In this document: piece after piece, positions 28,218-37,338 of the stretch | Numbering within the stretch: position 1 is the stretch's first letter | How the letters are laid out: every line of letters starts with the position of its first letter | Assembly (NCBI GenBank): GCA_963815115.1 | Contig: CAWFFN010000005.1 | Coordinates: 160,001 to 224,000, forward strand | Direction: 5' to 3' | Length of the DNA stretch: 64,000 nucleotides | Source: an uncultured delta proteobacterium | GTDB taxonomy: Bacteria; Desulfobacterota; Binatia; DP-6 | Notes under the pieces: generated by a model | Seen by the model: the letters and a program-made list of their open reading frames with translations, nothing else | The model's database searches: none | What the model was told of the DNA's origin: nothing | Made by a program: the position numbers and the translations under genes

Positions 28218-30629
28218 TCAGGGGGTCGCCGTCGCCACCTGAGGTGCGGCGAGGAACGGCAGCGGGATGTTGACGCCGGCGTAGAAGGCTCGCCGGGGAC
28301 CGAACTGCGTCGACTGGACGCCGATGCCGGTGCCGTTGCGGATCTGGTACACCATGTCGGCGACGTTCACGACTGCGCCGCGCAGCCTGACCTCTCCGAA
28401 GTAGGGGACGGGGATGGCCTTCTCGATGCCGAGGTCGGCCTGGACGTAGTACGGCAGGTGATCGGTGTTGGCGAACCCGGAGCGCAGGCCGCTGGCCGCG
28501 ATGATCGTCGCCGTGAAGAGGAATCCGCGGTAGCGGTAGGCCGCGCCGACGCTGCTCGTGTACGTCTGGTCGTGATCGAGATGGACGAAGTGCCTCCTGA
28601 TGAAGGCCAGCTCGTCGGGATCGAAGTTGAACTGGGCCGAGGTCACTTCCTTGCCCAGCGCCTTCGAGTACGCGAAGTTGGCGTAGCCCGAAAAGGCGTC
28701 CCGGGTGTAGCTCGCCGTCGCCTCGACACCGAAGATCTGCCCCGACTGGTAGTTGAACGGTGAGATGACGAGGGCCTGGCCGAACTGGCCTTCGTCGAGC
28801 AGGTGGTTGTCGGTTCTGTAGTAGGCGTCCGCTCCCAGGGTCAGGCCCGGCAGGAGCTGGTGGTTGGCGCCGATGTCGTAGTAGTTCGTGGTGTCCGGCA
28901 CGGTTACCGTGTTGACGTTCGACCGCACGGCGTTGGTCGTGTTCCTGAACTTGGCGATGTCGGTAACCTGGACCAGCTCGGGCGCCGGCGGAGTGAAGTA
29001 GCGGGAGTAGCCCGCGTGCAGGACCGTGTGGTCCGTGAGCTTGTACGACAGCGCGAGGCGGGGACTCACCTGGTGTCGCTTGGTGAACGCCGTCACCCGG
29101 TCCAGCCGTACGCCGGCGTTCACCGTGAGCGGCTCGAGCGGCCGCCATTCGTCCTGAAGATAGACTCCGTACTGCCACTCGGTCACGTGGCTGTTGTCGA
29201 TGACCGTGAAGGGCACGTTGCTGGTCTGCATGCCCGAGGAATCGGCGGGGAAGACGCTGGAGTTGTTCTTCACGTCGGAGCGGTTGCCCTGGAAGACGAA
29301 CCCCCCGCGCAGCGTCTGCGTGTCCGTGAGCTTGTAGCTCGAATCCGTCTGCATGCCGTTGGCGAAGCTGCTCCGCACGACGTTGGAGGCGACGCCGAGG
29401 AAGATCAGGTCGCCCTCAGGGTCGGGGTCGTAGGCCAGGCGCGAGTATCGGCTGAACGCGGCGGTCTGGTAGTCCAGCTTCCCGTCCAGGGCCGTCCCCT
29501 GCAGGGCGAGCACGTTGTAGTAGTTTTCTTCCTTCTGGGATTCCTGTACGTCGACGGAGGGAAAGTTGGAGACTCCCTCCAGCGTGAAGGCGGGCGGCAC
29601 GTTGCGTGCCGCGGGAATGCCGAAGGCCGCGACCGACGTCCCGCTCAGGAAGGCGACGCGGGTGTTGGGGTTCAGGAGATACGACAGATACGCGAAGTAG
29701 CGGCCCTGATTGGTCTCGCCGTTGATCGGGGTGGGGCCCGCCGTCGGCGGCTCGATGAACCTGTCGCTCCGGAAGTACGAGCCCGTGCCGTAGTAGCTGA
29801 GCGCCCCCGACGTCCCGCCGAACTCGAGCGTGGGTGTGAACGTGCCACGCTGGCCACCGTACAGGTCGAGCGAGCCGCCGGCATTCGTGAGTCCGGTCTT
29901 GGTCTGGATGTCGACGACGCCGGCCGTGCGGAATCCGTACTCCGCGGGCAGCGCGCCGGTCAGAAAGTCGATCGTGTTGGCGAAGCGGGGCGTGAGGGTC
30001 TGGGTGAAACCGTTGATTCCCTCCGGCAGCGCGATCCCGTTGACCCGGTACTGGAGATTCCCGTGGTCGCCGCGGACGTGCACCTGCCCGAAGGAGTCCT
30101 GCACCACGCCTGGCGCTTGGAGCAGAACCTGGTTCAGCGGAGTGTTCTGGCCTTGCGGAAGCTCCTGGATGGTCTGCTGGTTGAAGTGATACACGCTGCC
30201 GCCGACGGTCGTGTAGACGTCGTTCCGCGCCCGGTCGAGGCGCTTGGCGATGACGACGATGTCCTCCGCCTGCTCCGCCTCCAGGGTGAGCGCGACGGTC
30301 GTCTCCGGCGCGGTGCCGACCACGGCCTCGGCGGTCGTGACCTGCAGCCCCTTTTTCCGTGCGACCAGCGTGTAGGTCCCCGGCGCGATCGGTGGGGTCA
30401 CGAAGTGACCCGATGCATCGCTCTCGGCGCGCGCGACGACGCGCCCGTCGGATGTCTCGACTCGGATCAGTGCTCCCGCGACGGGTTGCCCCGACGCGTC
30501 CTTGGTGGTGCCGGCTATCTTGTGTCTCCCTGGAGCTGCCCGTTCGGCCGCTCGAAGTGGTGGTACAGAAGCGACGTGAAGCAGCGCGGCTGCCAGCAGC
30601 AACCGCACGCCATGAATGCGCATGGGCAA
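28218..30629 (-). CDS. TonB-dependent receptor with N-terminal carboxypeptidase-regulatory-like domain
   Basis: Signal peptide, plug QAPGV..HVRGDHGNLQYRVNG, and barrel motifs YLQDEW and SPRL. Confidence 0.92.
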   Translation of the reverse strand: MPMRIHGVRLLLAAALLHVASVPPLRAAERAAPGRHKIAGTTKDASGQPVAGALIRVETSDGRVVARAESDASGHFVTPPIAPGTYTLVARKKGLQVTTAEAVVGTAPETTVALTLEAEQAEDIVVIAKRLDRARNDVYTTVGGSVYHFNQQTIQELPQGQNTPLNQVLLQAPGVVQDSFGQVHVRGDHGNLQYRVNGIALPEGINGFTQTLTPRFANTIDFLTGALPAEYGFRTAGVVDIQTKTGLTNAGGSLDLYGGQRGTFTPTLEFGGTSGALSYYGTGSYFRSDRFIEPPTAGPTPINGETNQGRYFAYLSYLLNPNTRVAFLSGTSVAAFGIPAARNVPPAFTLEGVSNFPSVDVQESQKEENYYNVLALQGTALDGKLDYQTAAFSRYSRLAYDPDPEGDLIFLGVASNVVRSSFANGMQTDSSYKLTDTQTLRGGFVFQGNRSDVKNNSSVFPADSSGMQTSNVPFTVIDNSHVTEWQYGVYLQDEWRPLEPLTVNAGVRLDRVTAFTKRHQVSPRLALSYKLTDHTVLHAGYSRYFTPPAPELVQVTDIAKFRNTTNAVRSNVNTVTVPDTTNYYDIGANHQLLPGLTLGADAYYRTDNHLLDEGQFGQALVISPFNYQSGQIFGVEATASYTRDAFSGYANFAYSKALGKEVTSAQFNFDPDELAFIRRHFVHLDHDQTYTSSVGAAYRYRGFLFTATIIAASGLRSGFANTDHLPYYVQADLGIEKAIPVPYFGEVRLRGAVVNVADMVYQIRNGTGIGVQSTQFGPRRAFYAGVNIPLPFLAAPQVATATP

Positions 30630-30731
30630 GGCCCTCTCCTCGGCATCGGACGTCGACTCGGTGAGCGGCCTGGCGAACCGTCCACGGCAGGCCGCGACGG
30701 CAGCCGAGATGGCCGCTCGGATGCGAGCGGC

Positions 30732-31103
30732 TCAGGCCGATGCGGGCGGGCCTCGCCCGGGAGGCGAGGAGAGCGCGGTTGAGCACCACGTGACGCGTGG
30801 CGGCCCCGCGACGGTCTCGACTATGCCTTGCGCATGCTGAAGCGGCCGCGAGGCCGAGGAAGCGAGCGGGCTGTGGGCGGCGAATGCGCACAGGGAGCAG
30901 GAGGGAGCGGCCGAGTCCGCGGCCCGGGCCACCCCGCAGGTCGCGGGGAGGGAATGGCTGTGCGCCGCGACAGCCAGCTGGGCGGCCAGCAGGAACACGC
31001 CCCCCAGGAGGGCGCCGAACCGCCGGCCTCCACGCCCACGGAGAGCGGCGAGCACCCGGGAGCCGGGACGCCGGTGTGGGCTGTGCAAGCGAAGGACGGT
31101 CAC
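30732..31103 (-). CDS. Small exported His/Cys protein (DUF2946-like)
   Basis: Hydrophobic stretch, AHSH, CSLC and C-terminal RGPPA. Start is uncertain. Confidence 0.6.
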   Translation of the reverse strand: MTVLRLHSPHRRPGSRVLAALRGRGGRRFGALLGGVFLLAAQLAVAAHSHSLPATCGVARAADSAAPSCSLCAFAAHSPLASSASRPLQHAQGIVETVAGPPRVTWCSTALSSPPGRGPPASA

Positions 31104-31140
31104 GATTCGTTGGGGGGCGCTTGGTCGACCCCCAGACGCG

Positions 31141-31169
31141 CAGCTACACCTCCGAAGCGGAGCAGTCAA
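31141..31169 (-). promoter_or_regulatory. Putative sigma70 promoter for the TonB-receptor operon
   Basis: TTGACT-N17-TAGCTG on the minus strand. Confidence 0.4.
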
Positions 31170-31299
31170 CGCGCGCGACGCGGCCCAGTGGTCGGCCGTC
31201 GGCGGAGGATGCAGGTTCCCCGTGGATCTTCCGGAACGTCGGGCGGCATCCTCGAGAAAGGCGCTCGCGAAGGACGATGGCGGGCCGCCGCGTCGTTGC

Positions 31300-31330
31300 T
31301 TGCAAATACTCTACTCCAGTATGCTATCAT
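31300..31330 (+). promoter_or_regulatory. Promoter with RcnR/CsoR-type operator
   Basis: TTGCAA, then ATACT-N7-AGTAT palindrome at 31306-31322, then extended -10 TGcTATCAT. Confidence 0.75.
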
Positions 31331-31342
31331 CCGCCCGGGATC

Positions 31343-31645
31343 ATGGCGCACACGATCAGGGACAAGCAGAAGCTGATCAATCGGGTCCGTCGGATCCGCG
31401 GCCAGATCGAGGCGATCGAGAAGGCGCTCGGGGAGGAGCGCGAGTGCTCTCTCATTCTCCAAACGATCGCGGCCACCCGGGGCGCGATCAACGGGCTCAT
31501 GGGCGAGGTCGTCGAGGACCAGATCCGGGTCCACGTCGCCGACCCGGGGCGGCTCGCCGCAGCCCGAGGGGCTCGCGCGAGCAGCACGCGACAAGCGAAG
31601 GACGCCGAGGACCTGATCGCGGTGATCAAGACGTACCTCAAGTAG
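31343..31645 (+). CDS. rcnR: RcnR/CsoR family metal-sensing repressor (RcnR-like)
   Basis: MAHTIRDKQKL N-terminus, C35 and RGAINGLM; His3, Cys35 and His64 are kept. Confidence 0.88.
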   Translation: MAHTIRDKQKLINRVRRIRGQIEAIEKALGEERECSLILQTIAATRGAINGLMGEVVEDQIRVHVADPGRLAAARGARASSTRQAKDAEDLIAVIKTYLK

Positions 31646-31673
31646 GCGGGGAGCGAGGCCCGGAGGTCCCACC

Positions 31674-33524
31674 ATGACGCGCATCGGCCTGGTGGCGCTC
31701 GCCACCGCGGCGGTCTGGCGGCGCCTCTGGGAGCCGTTCCCGCGCCTGAGCGTCATCGGCCTGACGGCGGCGCTCGCCGGCGGCTTTCCGATCTTGCGGG
31801 AGGCATTCTCCTCGCTGCGCGCGCGCCGGATGACGATGGAGCTGTCGATGACGATCGCCGTCGGCGCGGCGCTGGCGATCGGCGAGTTCTTCACCGCGCT
31901 CGTGATCCTCCTCTTCGTCCTGATCGCGGAGGTGCTGGAGGGGCTGACCGTCGGCCGCGGCCGCCGCGCGATCAAGGACCTGCTCGATTTCCTGCCGCGC
32001 CAGGCCCTCGTGCGCCGGGCCAATGGCCCGCGCGAGGTGAGCGTGACGGACATCGTTCCGGGTGACGTCGTGGTCCTCAAGCCGGGCGCCCGTGTTCCGG
32101 TGGACGGCGTGGTGCTCGCCGGGCACTCCTTCGTCGACCAGGCCACGGTGACGGGCGAGTCGATGCCGGCCGAGAAGGTCGCAGGCGCGCCCGTCTATGC
32201 CGGGACGATCAACCAGTCCGGAACGCTCGACGTACGCGCCACCTGCATCGGCCGCGAGACCGCCTTCGGGAAGATCATCGAGGCGGTCGAGGCGGCGGAG
32301 AGGTCTCGGGCACCGGTCCAGAGGACGGCGGACCGGCTCGCCGGCTACCTCGTATACTTCGCCCTCGGCTGCGCGGCCGTGACGTTCCTGATCACCCGCG
32401 ACGTGCGGTCGATGATCTCGGTCATCATCGTCGCGGGTGCGTGCGGCATCGCCGCCGGCACCCCGCTCGCGATCCTCGGCGCGATCGGTCAGGCGGCGCG
32501 CCGGGGGGCGATCGTCAAGGGTGGGCTCTACCTCGAGGTCTTGAGCCAGGTGGACACGGTGGTGCTCGACAAGACCGGCACCCTGACGTACGGCAGGCCC
32601 GCAGTCGTCGCCATCCATGCCGTCGCCGGCGCGACTGCCGAGGAGGTGCTCGCCGCCGCCGCGATTGCCGAGCGTCCGTCCGAGCACCCGGTGGGGAAGG
32701 CGGTCCTCGGGAAGGCAGCCGAGACGGCCCTCGCGGTCGTCGAGCCCGAATGGTTCGCCTCCGTGCCGGGGAAAGGGGTCGTCTGCACGGTCGGCGGCGC
32801 GGAGATCGTCGTCGGGAGCCAGACCTTTCTCGCCGAGCGCAACGTCGACGTCACGCCGTGTGCTTTCGGTGCCGTCCAGGGCTCGGAGGTCCATGTGGCG
32901 CGCCGGGGGCGTGTGCTCGGGCACCTGCACGTTGCCGACGTCCTGCGGCCCGAAGCCGAGGATGCCGTCGCCGGGCTGCGCCGGATGGGCCTGCGCACCA
33001 TCCTCTTGACGGGTGACGCCGAGGCAGTCGCCGGCGCGGTGGGTCGACAGCTCGCCATCGACGAGGTGGAGGCCGAGCTGCTGCCCGCCGGGAAGCTCGC
33101 CCGCATCGAGGCGCTGCTCGCCGAGGGCCGGAGGGTGGCGATGGTCGGGGACGGGATCAACGACGCGCCGGCCCTCATGCGCGCCAGCGTCGGTGTGGCC
33201 ATGGGCTCCGGAACGGATGTCGCTCGCGAGAGCGCGCCGGTCGTGTTGCTCGGGAACGACCTGCGGACCTTCGTCGAGACCCTGCGCATCGCGCGGCGGT
33301 GCCGCCGCATCGTCATGGCCAACTTCGCCGGGACGCTCCTGGTGGACGCCGTCGGGGTGGGTCTGGCCGCCTCCGGGCTGCTCGGCCCGCTACTCGCCGC
33401 CTTCGTCCACGTCGCGTCCGAGCTCGCGTTCATCCTCAACGCGGCCAGACTGCTGCCGGCAGGGCCAGCGGCGTCGAAGGTGGAAGGCGCCGAGCCGTCC
33501 ACGGCGCTGCGTGCGGCTGCGTAG
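31674..33524 (+). CDS. Heavy-metal P1B-type ATPase with atypical GACG membrane motif
   Basis: TGES, DKTGT, SEHP and GDGINDAP motifs; no N-terminal metal-binding domain. Confidence 0.93.
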   Translation: MTRIGLVALATAAVWRRLWEPFPRLSVIGLTAALAGGFPILREAFSSLRARRMTMELSMTIAVGAALAIGEFFTALVILLFVLIAEVLEGLTVGRGRRAIKDLLDFLPRQALVRRANGPREVSVTDIVPGDVVVLKPGARVPVDGVVLAGHSFVDQATVTGESMPAEKVAGAPVYAGTINQSGTLDVRATCIGRETAFGKIIEAVEAAERSRAPVQRTADRLAGYLVYFALGCAAVTFLITRDVRSMISVIIVAGACGIAAGTPLAILGAIGQAARRGAIVKGGLYLEVLSQVDTVVLDKTGTLTYGRPAVVAIHAVAGATAEEVLAAAAIAERPSEHPVGKAVLGKAAETALAVVEPEWFASVPGKGVVCTVGGAEIVVGSQTFLAERNVDVTPCAFGAVQGSEVHVARRGRVLGHLHVADVLRPEAEDAVAGLRRMGLRTILLTGDAEAVAGAVGRQLAIDEVEAELLPAGKLARIEALLAEGRRVAMVGDGINDAPALMRASVGVAMGSGTDVARESAPVVLLGNDLRTFVETLRIARRCRRIVMANFAGTLLVDAVGVGLAASGLLGPLLAAFVHVASELAFILNAARLLPAGPAASKVEGAEPSTALRAAA

Positions 33525-33580
33525 CCAGGCCGGGAAGCGGTGGGCGGGAGCCATCGGCCACGGCGTCCCGGTCCCTTCCC

Positions 33581-34865
33581 CTACACCGTGATGCCGTCCT
33601 CCCGCAGCGCCGCCGGCGTCGCACGTTCCGCGACGGTACCGGCGGGGTGCCGGTACCACCCGGGATCCTCGAAGGACGTGATCCCGGTACGGACCTTCAC
33701 GATGGTGAACATGCCGCCCATGTCGATGGGGCCGAACGGACCCGCGCCGCCCAGCATCGGAATGCTGTTCGGCGGCACCCCCATGGACTCGCTCATCCCG
33801 CTCATGGCTCCCATGCCCGTCTCGCCCATCGTCATGTACTCGGGCAGCAGGCGCCGGACCTTGCGATCGAGCGGGCCGGGCTTCACGCCCAGCATGTTCG
33901 GCAGCCCGTGGCCCATCTGGTTCATCGTGTGATGGGTCATGTGGCAGTGAAACGGCCAGTCGCCGGGCGCGTCGGCCACGAACTCGATGTCGCGCGTGCT
34001 GCCGACCGGCACGAGCACGGTCGTCTCCGGCACCCAGGCCGACTCCGGGATGCGTCCCGCGTCGGTACCGGTGACCCGGAAGGCGTGGCCGTGGATGTGG
34101 AAGGGATGATGATCCGTGGAGCCGAGATTCCCCAGACGGATGCGGACACGCTGGCCGGTGCGGACGACCAGGGGAGCCGTCGCCGGGAACACCTTGCCGT
34201 TGATGGTGAAGATGTTGAAGTCGTTCATCACCGTGGGGTCGGGCCTGCGCGTTCCCGCCTTGATCGCCCACTCGCTCAGCATGATCGAGAAGTCGCGATC
34301 GATCGGCGGCCCGAGCGGCGCGCGCGGGTGAACCACGAACATGCCCATCGTGCCGAGCCCGATCTGCACCATCTCGTCGAAATGCGAGTGATACATGTAG
34401 GTGCCCGACTGACGGAGGGTGAACTCGTACCTGAAGGTCTCGCCCGGGCGGGATGCCGGGCTGGGTGAGACCGGCGACGCCGTCCATGCCGTTGGGAACG
34501 AAGAGGCCGTGCCAGTGGACCGCGGTCGCCTCGGGCAGCCGGTTGGTGACGTAGATGCGGACGCGATCGCCCTCGACGGCCTCGATGAGCGGCCCCGGAG
34601 TCACGCCGTTGTAGCCCCAGCACTCGGCGCGCAGGCCGGGCGCGAACTCGTGGGTGAAGGGTTGCGCGACCAGGTGGTACACCTTGACGCCGCTCACGAG
34701 CTTCCAGGGCAGCGTGGAGCCGTTCGGCACCGTGACCGGCGACTGCGATCCCGCGGCGGGCGCCGGCGTGCTCGGCTGCGGCGCGGACTCCTCGGCCCGG
34801 GCAGCGACGGCGACACCCGCCACGGCGGTGGCACCCGAGACCAGGACCTCTCTCCTCGACAGCAT
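33581..34865 (-). CDS. Tat-exported multicopper oxidase, frameshifted near 34443
   Basis: SRREVL signal and HWHG in the upstream frame; YHSH, HPFHIHG and HCHMTHH in the downstream frame. Removing one G restores PPGETFRYEF. Confidence 0.88.
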
Positions 34866-34869
34866 GCCG

Positions 34870-36291
34870 TTACCCTCCGTGCTCGTCTTCGAGTCGCGGC
34901 CGCGACGCGTCCGGTGCCGGCGGCTCGCCCGGCTGGAGCTCGCCACCGACGGCGCTCTCCAGGTCGGTGCGCGCAATCCAGTAGTCGCGCAGCGACTCGA
35001 TGAGTCCCCGGCCGGCGTCGATCTCGTCGCGCTTGGCGACCAGGAGCTGGAAGACGCCGACCAGCATCGCGTTGTACTCGAGCTGGGTCTGCCGGATGAT
35101 CCGCTCGCGGAGCGGCACGAGCACCGTGCGATAGTGCTCCGCCAGCGCGCGCGCCTGCTGCATTCGCGTGTGGGCGCGCCGCACCTGGGAGCGCACCGTC
35201 ACGGCGAGCGCGGCGTGCTGGTCCTCGCCCTGTCGCACCTGTGCCGACTGGCTCGCGAGCGCCGCCTGGCCCTGATCGAAGATGGGGATGGGCAGCTCGA
35301 CCGCGGGGCCGACCGACCATGCCCCGTCGTCGACCTCGCGCTCCGCGGCGACGCCCAGGCCCGCCATCGGGAGGAAGCGCGAGCGGCGGGTGAGGTCGCG
35401 GGCGAGCAGCAGGCGGTGGACGCGCTGCTGCGCGGCCGCGAGATCGAGGCGCTGCGAGACGGCGAGCGTCTCGAGGCCGTCGGGCGCGACGTCCTCGCGC
35501 GGCAGGTCGGGGAGCCGTGGCCCGATGCGCCACGAGGCCGCCTCCGCCGACAATCCCATCAGCGCGGTCAGCTCCTCGCGGTCCTCCGCGGCCTCGGTCT
35601 CGGCACGCGCGAGGTCCGCGCTGGCCTGCTCGTTGAGGGCGAGCTCGCTGGCGAGGTCGAGATCGGTGATGTTGCCGGCGTCGTGCTGCCGCCGGGCGAC
35701 GTCCGCGGAGAGCGCGGTGGCCTCGACCACCGAGCGCCGCAGCTCGAGCAGCTGCTCGGCGCCCTGCGAGCGATAGAACGCGCGCTTGACCGCCGTCACG
35801 AGATCGACGACCGCCGCCGAGACCGTGAGCTTCGCCTCCTCGAAGGCGGCTCCCGCGACCCGTCTCTTGAGCGGGATCTGGATGATCGAGACGATCTGCT
35901 GCACCAGGCCGATGGCGGCGCCGGTGAAGAGACCGGCGGGCGTCGGGAACGTCACCTGGGCGGAGAGGATGGGGTTCTGGAGGAGTCCCGCCTGCACCAG
36001 GTCGGCCTGTGCGATACCGAGCTGCGCGTAGACGGCCTGCAGGCTCCGGTTGTTCAGCAACGCGATCTGGACCGCCGAGTCGATGTCGAGCTCGCTCGCG
36101 AGCAGCTCCTGCACGTGGCGGCCCGCCTCCTCGTCCTCGGGCGTCCCCTGGTTCCACTGGATGGTGCGCCCGGGGCTGCGCGCGGCGATCAGATCGGACA
36201 CCGCATCGAATCCGGGACGCGGGACGATGCGGGTGCAGCCGGCCAGGACGACGGCCACGCCGAGGAGCGCGGCGCTAGCCCGCCGAGGCAT
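34870..36291 (-). CDS. TolC family outer-membrane lipoprotein (copper-resistance type)
   Basis: Lipobox LAGC, AVQIALLNN..QAGLLQNP, LPIPIFDQGQ and YNAMLVGVFQLL. Confidence 0.9.
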   Translation of the reverse strand: MPRRASAALLGVAVVLAGCTRIVPRPGFDAVSDLIAARSPGRTIQWNQGTPEDEEAGRHVQELLASELDIDSAVQIALLNNRSLQAVYAQLGIAQADLVQAGLLQNPILSAQVTFPTPAGLFTGAAIGLVQQIVSIIQIPLKRRVAGAAFEEAKLTVSAAVVDLVTAVKRAFYRSQGAEQLLELRRSVVEATALSADVARRQHDAGNITDLDLASELALNEQASADLARAETEAAEDREELTALMGLSAEAASWRIGPRLPDLPREDVAPDGLETLAVSQRLDLAAAQQRVHRLLLARDLTRRSRFLPMAGLGVAAEREVDDGAWSVGPAVELPIPIFDQGQAALASQSAQVRQGEDQHAALAVTVRSQVRRAHTRMQQARALAEHYRTVLVPLRERIIRQTQLEYNAMLVGVFQLLVAKRDEIDAGRGLIESLRDYWIARTDLESAVGGELQPGEPPAPDASRPRLEDEHGG

Positions 36292-36438
36292 GGGGGGTGG
36301 CGGGCGCCGGCAGGCCGTGTCCGGCCGGCAGGCAAGACGAGGTTCGAGCCATGGGATCTCCTCTCTCGGGTCGCGCTGCGTGCGGCCGTCGCATCTCGAC
36401 GGGCGCACGCTCGTCGGTCGTTCAGCGAGTGGAGAGGC

Positions 36439-36855
36439 TCAGAGCAGCAGGACGCAGGTGCGGAGGCGCGACGGGCCGGAGGCGGCGCGACCGGCGATCG
36501 AGACGAGCCAGCCGGAGGATCGGAGCGCTGCGGTCCGCGGGCGCGGGACGAGCGCGAGGAGACCCGGCCACGCGGCGAGATGCAACGACGGCATCTGCGA
36601 GCTGCCGCCCGGCGCGAGCGTCAGCTGGCAGTGGCTGCACGCGGGATCGTGCCCGGTGGGCGACGGCCGATGACCGGAGCCGGGGCAACAGGCGTGCGCT
36701 GACGGGTGGGCCTGCGGCGCGCTCGCGGCGCGCGCGGGCGCGCAATCGCAGGAGAGCTGCAGCAGCAGGATGGCGGGCAGCAGGAGCGCGGCGACGATGT
36801 GCCGCGGCGCGCGGTGCGTGCACGCGGGGCGAGCCAGGATGCGCGGAGCGGGCAT
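36439..36855 (-). CDS. Small exported Cys/His-rich protein preceding the metal efflux operon
   Basis: Hydrophobic stretch, CDC, HACC, CSHC and terminal TCVLLL. Confidence 0.6.
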   Translation of the reverse strand: MPAPRILARPACTHRAPRHIVAALLLPAILLLQLSCDCAPARAASAPQAHPSAHACCPGSGHRPSPTGHDPACSHCQLTLAPGGSSQMPSLHLAAWPGLLALVPRPRTAALRSSGWLVSIAGRAASGPSRLRTCVLLL

Positions 36856-36887
36856 CGACGATCCCTTGGCGGTTCTTCCGACGGTCT

Positions 36888-37148
36888 TCAGCTCGCCGAC
36901 TTGGTCGTCGCCGCGTCCTCCTCGTCCTCGTCCTCGGCCGTCTCGGCTTCCTCCCCTTCGGCCTCCTCGCTTCCGGGGGGGTGCCAGCCCGGGGGGGGAT
37001 CGACGCCGACCGCCTGGCTCCAGTCGATGTCGTCGTCAACCCCGGACGCCGAGTGCTCTTGGCGCTCGCGTTTGCGAGCCTCCTTGGCCTCGTGCTTCGC
37101 CTTGCGCTGCAGCTCTTTTGCCCGTTTGTTGGAGCGAAATCGCGCCAT
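36888..37148 (-). CDS. Small hypothetical protein with basic N-terminus and acidic C-terminus
   Basis: GGAGG RBS; MARFRSNKRAKELQRK...EEAEGEEAE. Confidence 0.65.
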   Translation of the reverse strand: MARFRSNKRAKELQRKAKHEAKEARKRERQEHSASGVDDDIDWSQAVGVDPPPGWHPPGSEEAEGEEAETAEDEDEEDAATTKSAS

Positions 37149-37338
37149 GCCGACCTCCCGGACTGCCGCGTGTCCCGCGGCCCGGCGCGGCGAGGCGTCG
37201 CGTGCGTCGATTCCGCGCCGTGCCCGACCCGCCAAGGTCTAGCATGCCTCCGCGAGCGACGTAAACGGCACCTCGCGTCGGCGCGTCTGGCGTGCCGCAA
37301 CGCTTGACAGGGCTTGGGGTGCGTGGAACCCGGAGGCG

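Noticed and set aside
31170-31300. Possible cobalamin or NiCo riboswitch upstream of the TonB receptor operon
   Set aside because: Only isolated GGGAA and CCACTG words and one imperfect stem (GAGGATGC...GCATCCTC) are present. The conserved core is not recognisable; an Rfam scan would settle it.
34440-34450. Programmed ribosomal frameshift in the multicopper oxidase
   Set aside because: No slippery sequence, and similar single-base insertions recur in unrelated genes, which favours sequencing error.
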